A stretch of 9,956 nucleotides of DNA from positions 325,045-335,000 of the forward strand of contig RQSC01000012.1 of NCBI GenBank assembly GCA_013416795.1. Direction: 5' to 3'. Of the stretch, positions 6,985-9,956 are shown piece by piece. Each line of letters opens with the position of its first letter. Position 1 is the stretch's first letter. The notes beneath the pieces were generated by a model. It did not search any database and was not told where the DNA came from. It saw only the letters and a program-made list of their open reading frames with translations. The position numbers were made by a program, and so were the translations under genes. This DNA is from Prasinococcaceae sp. CCMP 1430. Its lineage: Eukaryota; Plantae; Prasinodermophyta.

Positions 6985-9327
6985 GGCCGCGCGCCGCCGG
7001 GCGCGAGCGCGCGCGGCGATGCGGACGCGGGCGCGGGCGCGCTCGAGTGCGCCCAGAAGATCGTGCTCGCGCTGGCCATCCCCGGAGGCGCGAGCGGCGG
7101 CACGGAGTACTTTGAGACGCTCGTCACGAGCGTTGACGCGGATGACGAGGGCGCTGGCGCGAGCCTGGAGCTGGCCGTACCCCTGCGCATCTCCGTCTCG
7201 AAGAGCCCCACGCGGCTGGCGTACCGCCTGCGCTACCTGCGCGCGTTCAACGGGGCGCCGCGAGAGGAGGGCGTGCGCGTGCGCGGCTGCGTGGACGGCG
7301 CGCACGCGGACGCGCCCACGTGCGGGTGGCACCTGCGCGACGACGGCGCGCGCGTGCCCGACTCGCAGGGCTTCTGCTGCGAGTGCAGCCTGCAGGACGC
7401 GTGGGAGCACACGCTGGGAGGGGGCACGGACTCCCCCAACCGCGGCTCGGTGGGCTGCGGCCTGCTCGAGAACGGCCTGTTCTGGGGTGGCACGCCGGCC
7501 TCGGCGCACTGCCTGCGCTGGGGCGACACCTGGTGGGCGGGGTACGAGCTCGAAGAGCCGGCCGTCGACTTCGAGGTCAGCGTGCGCATCTCGAAGGTTG
7601 AGCGCGTCGGTGGGGGGGGCGAGGCCTCCGGAGCCTCCTCCGAGCGGTGCAGGGCGTCTCATCGTTGGGGCGATGGGGAGGCCACGCCCGCCCACGAGCC
7701 CCTGGATGCGGTGCTGACGGCGTCGCCGCGCGCGCCCCTCGCGCGCGCCCGCGCGAGCGGCGTGATCGCGCGCCTGCACGGCGACCTGGCGGGCTGGGAC
7801 GGGGCGCTGCCCGCGCGCGCGCACGAGGAGGTGCTCTTCGTGCGCGACGCGCGTCCGCGCGCGCCGCCGCCCGACGAGTGGTTGCTGCTGCCGCGCGACA
7901 GGGTCACGCTGGAGGGCGACGAGTGCGGCAAGGTGGGCGTGTCCCACGCGGCGTTTCGGCACGAGCCCAACGCGTGCACGCGGCCGATGGGCTCGTGCTT
8001 GGGGGGGGTAGACGCCAGTCTGGACGCGCTCGCGGCCGACGACCGCGACAGGGTCGCGCGCGGCGAGCGCCCGCTGCACTCGCTCGCGGGGCGCGCGTGG
8101 GGGGCGGGGGGCGCGGGCGGGCACGCCGAGGCCCGCGCGGAGGGCTCCAATGCCACCGCTCTCGGCGCCGGCGACGCGCCCGTTCGGCTGTCGTTCCCGC
8201 TGGCCGCGGAGCGCACCACGCTGCTGACGATCGAGGTGGCGGCGGACGGCATGCGCTACGTGCGCGCGGTGTCCTCCGGGCGCATCGCCAACGCCACGAG
8301 CGCGCCCTTCGAGGCGCTGAGCGGCGGCGGCGCCATCTGGGCGCTGATCGCCAACGTCGGCGACGCCGAGGCGGAGTTCGTCGCCAGCGTCTCCGCGTGC
8401 GACTCGCCGAGCGTGGGCTTGGGGAGGACGCAGGCCGCGCGCGCGCACCTCTGCTCGGGCGAGAGCGCGTAGGTGCGGTTCGGGGTGGACGTGGACGCCC
8501 TTGGGGGTGGGGCGTTCGAGTGCGAGGTGGCGCTGCTCAGCACGATGGGGGAGGTGATTGATACCGAGAGGGTGGCGGTGCGCGCGACGGGCGTGGCGAC
8601 CACAGGTGTGATCGAGCAGCCCTCGTTAGTTTGCATTTTGTTTGTCGCGCTGCCACGAGCGGTGTGCGTGCGTGCGTGTGTGTGTGTGTGTGTGAGGAGG
8701 GGGGGGATGCGTTTGGGGGGGGGGGGAGCCCGGGGAGGGTCGGGCTTCTCGTCGTCGGTGTGTTTTTAGTAGTGGCTGGCATCCGAATGGGCGCCGGGCG
8801 GCGCTTCGCCGAGCGCCTGCGGCCCTCCTGATTGCTGACGCGCGCGCGCGCGCGCGCGCGCGTATCCCCTCCCGCGCGCAGCGGGCGCGCAGGGCGGCGA
8901 CGGCGGCCCGAACATTAGCGGTGCCACGGATCTCGGCCCGCACAACCCCAAGAACACCTGCGAGCGCGACTGCGCCTTCTTCGACGTCCCGTGCAAGGTG
9001 GTGCGCCGGTGCTGGGAGGGCGTGCTGCAGGTGCTGTGGACGGCAGCTTTGTGTGGCGTGGGGCTGCGGGTGGGTCTGTGGGCGATCAGGAAGAAGAAGG
9101 GATGGTGCGTAGGGGGACGAGCGTCGGAGGCGCCTTGCGACGAGGGGGATGACGGTCGTCGCGGGCGCGGGGCCAACGGGGAGCGTCGAGGGCGCGGTGC
9201 GCCGACGCGGGAAGGGGCCGCCGGAGGTGCGCCGCAGCCGCAGGTCGTCGTCGTGGAGCGCGTCGTCGCCAACCCGCTGAGGGATTGCGAGTTGGGCGCC
9301 CGGGGAGCCGATGTCGCGAGGGAGTAG
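6985..9327 (+). CDS. HAP2: HAP2/GCS1 gamete fusogen (class II fusexin), 5'-partial, with an in-frame TAG at 8470-8472 (possible pseudogene)
   Basis: Exons (gap)6985-8605 and 8882-9327. Motifs: LECAQKIVLALAIPGG, ISVSKS…YRLRYLRAFN…PREE, C-x-DG…PTCGW…DSQGFCCEC, fusion-loop region ending SAHCLRW, RLHGDL, WLLLPRDRVTLEGDECGKVGV…F…PNAC…GSCL (HAP2-GCS1 core), TTLLTIEVAAD, FEALS, NVGDAEA, domain III C-x-V-x-L…G-x-V-x-D, stem CERDCAFFDVPC, a hydrophobic TM segment followed by RKKK. The signal peptide is in the gap. Terminal TAG at 9325-9327. Confidence 0.93.
8606..8881 (+). other. Intron (276 nt) in HAP2 between domain III and the stem/TM exon
   Basis: AG|GTGTGA donor at 8606, GCTGAC branch motif (CTGAC 8835-8839), GCGCAG acceptor ending at 8881. 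The phase 1 join (G|CG) keeps the frame into the stem cysteine motif. The exact donor is less certain than the acceptor. Confidence 0.75.
8676..8862. repeat. Intronic simple repeats: (GT)9 at 8676-8694, G12 at 8715-8726, (CG)12 at 8839-8862
   Basis: Read directly from the sequence. Confidence 0.9.
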
Positions 9328-9448
9328 GGGGCGTCGCCCGGCAGCGCGGCGAGCGCGGCCGCGCCGTGTTATCGTTCGCCGTTTGTCGGGGGCGCGTGCG
9401 CGCGCGCGCGCGGGAAAATGGCAAAAATTAAAAAAAGGCAAGTCAGGC

Positions 9449-9456
9449 AAAAAAAA
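9449..9456 (-). terminator. RNA polymerase III terminator (T8 on the minus strand)
   Basis: A8 on + starts 1 nt beyond the tRNA discriminator base. A backup A7 run lies at 9430-9436. Confidence 0.88.
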
Positions 9457-9457
9457 G

Positions 9458-9529
9458 TATCGAAGGATGGTTTCGATCCATCGACCTCTGGGTTATGGGC
9501 CCAGCACGCTTCCTCTGCGCCACTTCGAT
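9458..9529 (-). tRNA. tRNA-iMet(CAT): Initiator tRNA-Met (CAT), eukaryotic cytosolic, 72 nt, intronless
   Basis: Minus strand: ATCGAAG TG GCGC AGAGGAA GCGT G CTGGG CCCATAA CCCAG AGGTC GATGG ATCGAAA CCATC CTTCGAT A. All four stems pair. Initiator determinants: A1-U72, three G-C pairs at the base of the anticodon stem, C33, A54/A60 T-loop. Anticodon at 9497-9495. Confidence 0.97.
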
Positions 9530-9557
9530 GCGGATGCATTTTGACACAAAATTTGCG

Positions 9558-9565
9558 TATATATT
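9558..9565 (-). promoter_or_regulatory. TATA-like upstream element of the tRNA gene
   Basis: AATATATA lies at about -36 to -29 from the mature 5' end, in an AT-rich island. TATA elements near -30 are known for plant and algal tRNA genes. Confidence 0.6.
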
Positions 9566-9704
9566 CACTACATTAGGCGCAATTGTTTCGGACGTCAAAT
9601 CGCATCAAATTGCGCTGTCGAAAGGGGCGGCATCCGTTGGTTGGCGGCCGTGACCGTCGCCTGGTTTGGGGTCAGGAGTAGGGTTATCGGAGGCATGGCT
9701 CATA

Positions 9705-9705
<1 letters not shown>

Positions 9706-9749
<44 letters not shown>
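9706..9749. repeat. G homopolymer, 44 nt
   Basis: Read directly from the sequence. It may be a sequencing or assembly artefact. Confidence 0.85.
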
Positions 9750-9911
9750 CGGAGGCGGCTGTGCTGCTGAGAGCAGTGGCCCCACCAGTGCATGCCGTCT
9801 CCAGGATTGCACACATGGCAGCACCTCCAACTCCGACCGAGCGTCACCGCCGCCCCCCTCCCCACACGCCCACCACCCCTCCCGTCATCACCCCCAAGCG
9901 CGCCACACATC

Positions 9912-9932
9912 GCCGCCGCCGCCGCCGCCGCC
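9912..9932. repeat. (GCC)7 microsatellite
   Basis: Read directly from the sequence. It is followed by degenerate GCA/GCG triplets. Confidence 0.85.
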
Positions 9933-9956
9933 GCAGCGGCGGCAGCGAGGCAGCGG

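Noticed and set aside
7597-7652. Possible small intron in a Gly/Ser-rich HAP2 loop
   Set aside because: It is 56 nt and would frameshift the protein. The frame is open, so it is treated as a variable loop.
8470-8472. Genome-wide TAG reassignment (TAR=Gln as in some ulvophytes), suggested because the five other protein genes all end in TGA
   Set aside because: HAP2 itself ends at TAG 9325-9327. Reading through it gives no in-frame TGA before running antisense across the whole tRNA gene. No other conserved gene here has an internal TAG/TAA, and TGA preference is expected at high GC. It is not formally excluded without a genome-wide codon analysis.
8413-8472. 60-nt in-frame intron (GTGGGC…GCGTAG) that would remove the HAP2 stop
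   Set aside because: Poor donor and no CTRAC branch site, and it would delete a segment that aligns with a domain III strand.
8493-8517. 8-bp hairpin (GGACGCCC/GGGCGTTC) 21 nt after the TAG as a readthrough or pyrrolysine signal
   Set aside because: Such stems are expected by chance at this GC content. The UAG-GUG context is not a known leaky context, and pyrrolysine is not known in eukaryotes.
8625-8630. GTTAGT as the HAP2 intron donor
   Set aside because: It is phase 2 and does not join in frame to the acceptors at 8881 or 8892. The donor at 8606 does.
9661-9690. Telomere-like or telo-box sequence (TTTGGGG…TAGGGTTA)
   Set aside because: No tandem TTTAGGG/TTAGGG units are present, only one partial match.
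1-9956. CRISPR array, transposon, introner element, endogenous virus or prokaryotic operon
   Set aside because: No repeat-spacer structure, terminal repeats, transposase/RT/integrase motifs or mutually similar introns were seen. The HAP2 fusexin has a spliceosomal intron and sits among housekeeping genes, so it is cellular rather than viral or archaeal Fsx1.

Overview
Compact, very GC-rich eukaryotic genomic DNA, most likely from a green alga. That taxon call is an inference from the plant-type NDC1, chlorophyte-like HAP2, plant-like initiator tRNA, TGTAA poly(A) signals and spliceosomal GT-AG introns with CTRAC branch sites. It is not a prokaryotic locus, and most long ORFs in the supplied track are GC-driven shadow frames. 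Gene order: uridine phosphorylase (+, 5' end outside the window); NDC1 type-II NAD(P)H dehydrogenase (+, start lost at an N); MacroD/YmdB-type macrodomain hydrolase (-, 2 exons); farnesyltransferase/GGTase-I alpha subunit (+, interrupted by an N); PAPS-dependent sulfotransferase-like gene (-, at least 3 exons, runs into a 421-nt gap); gamete fusogen HAP2/GCS1 (+, starts in the same gap); initiator tRNA-Met (-) with TATA element and Pol III terminator; then a 44-nt G run. The most interesting observation is that HAP2 keeps every recognisable fusogen hallmark but has a single in-frame TAG (8470-8472) in the middle of domain III, with homologous coding sequence continuing in the same frame. This could be recent pseudogenisation, an allele or base-call error, or recoding. 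The single Ns at 1307 and 4202 appear to hide much larger missing segments. No mobile element, CRISPR array or clearly novel multi-gene system could be supported.
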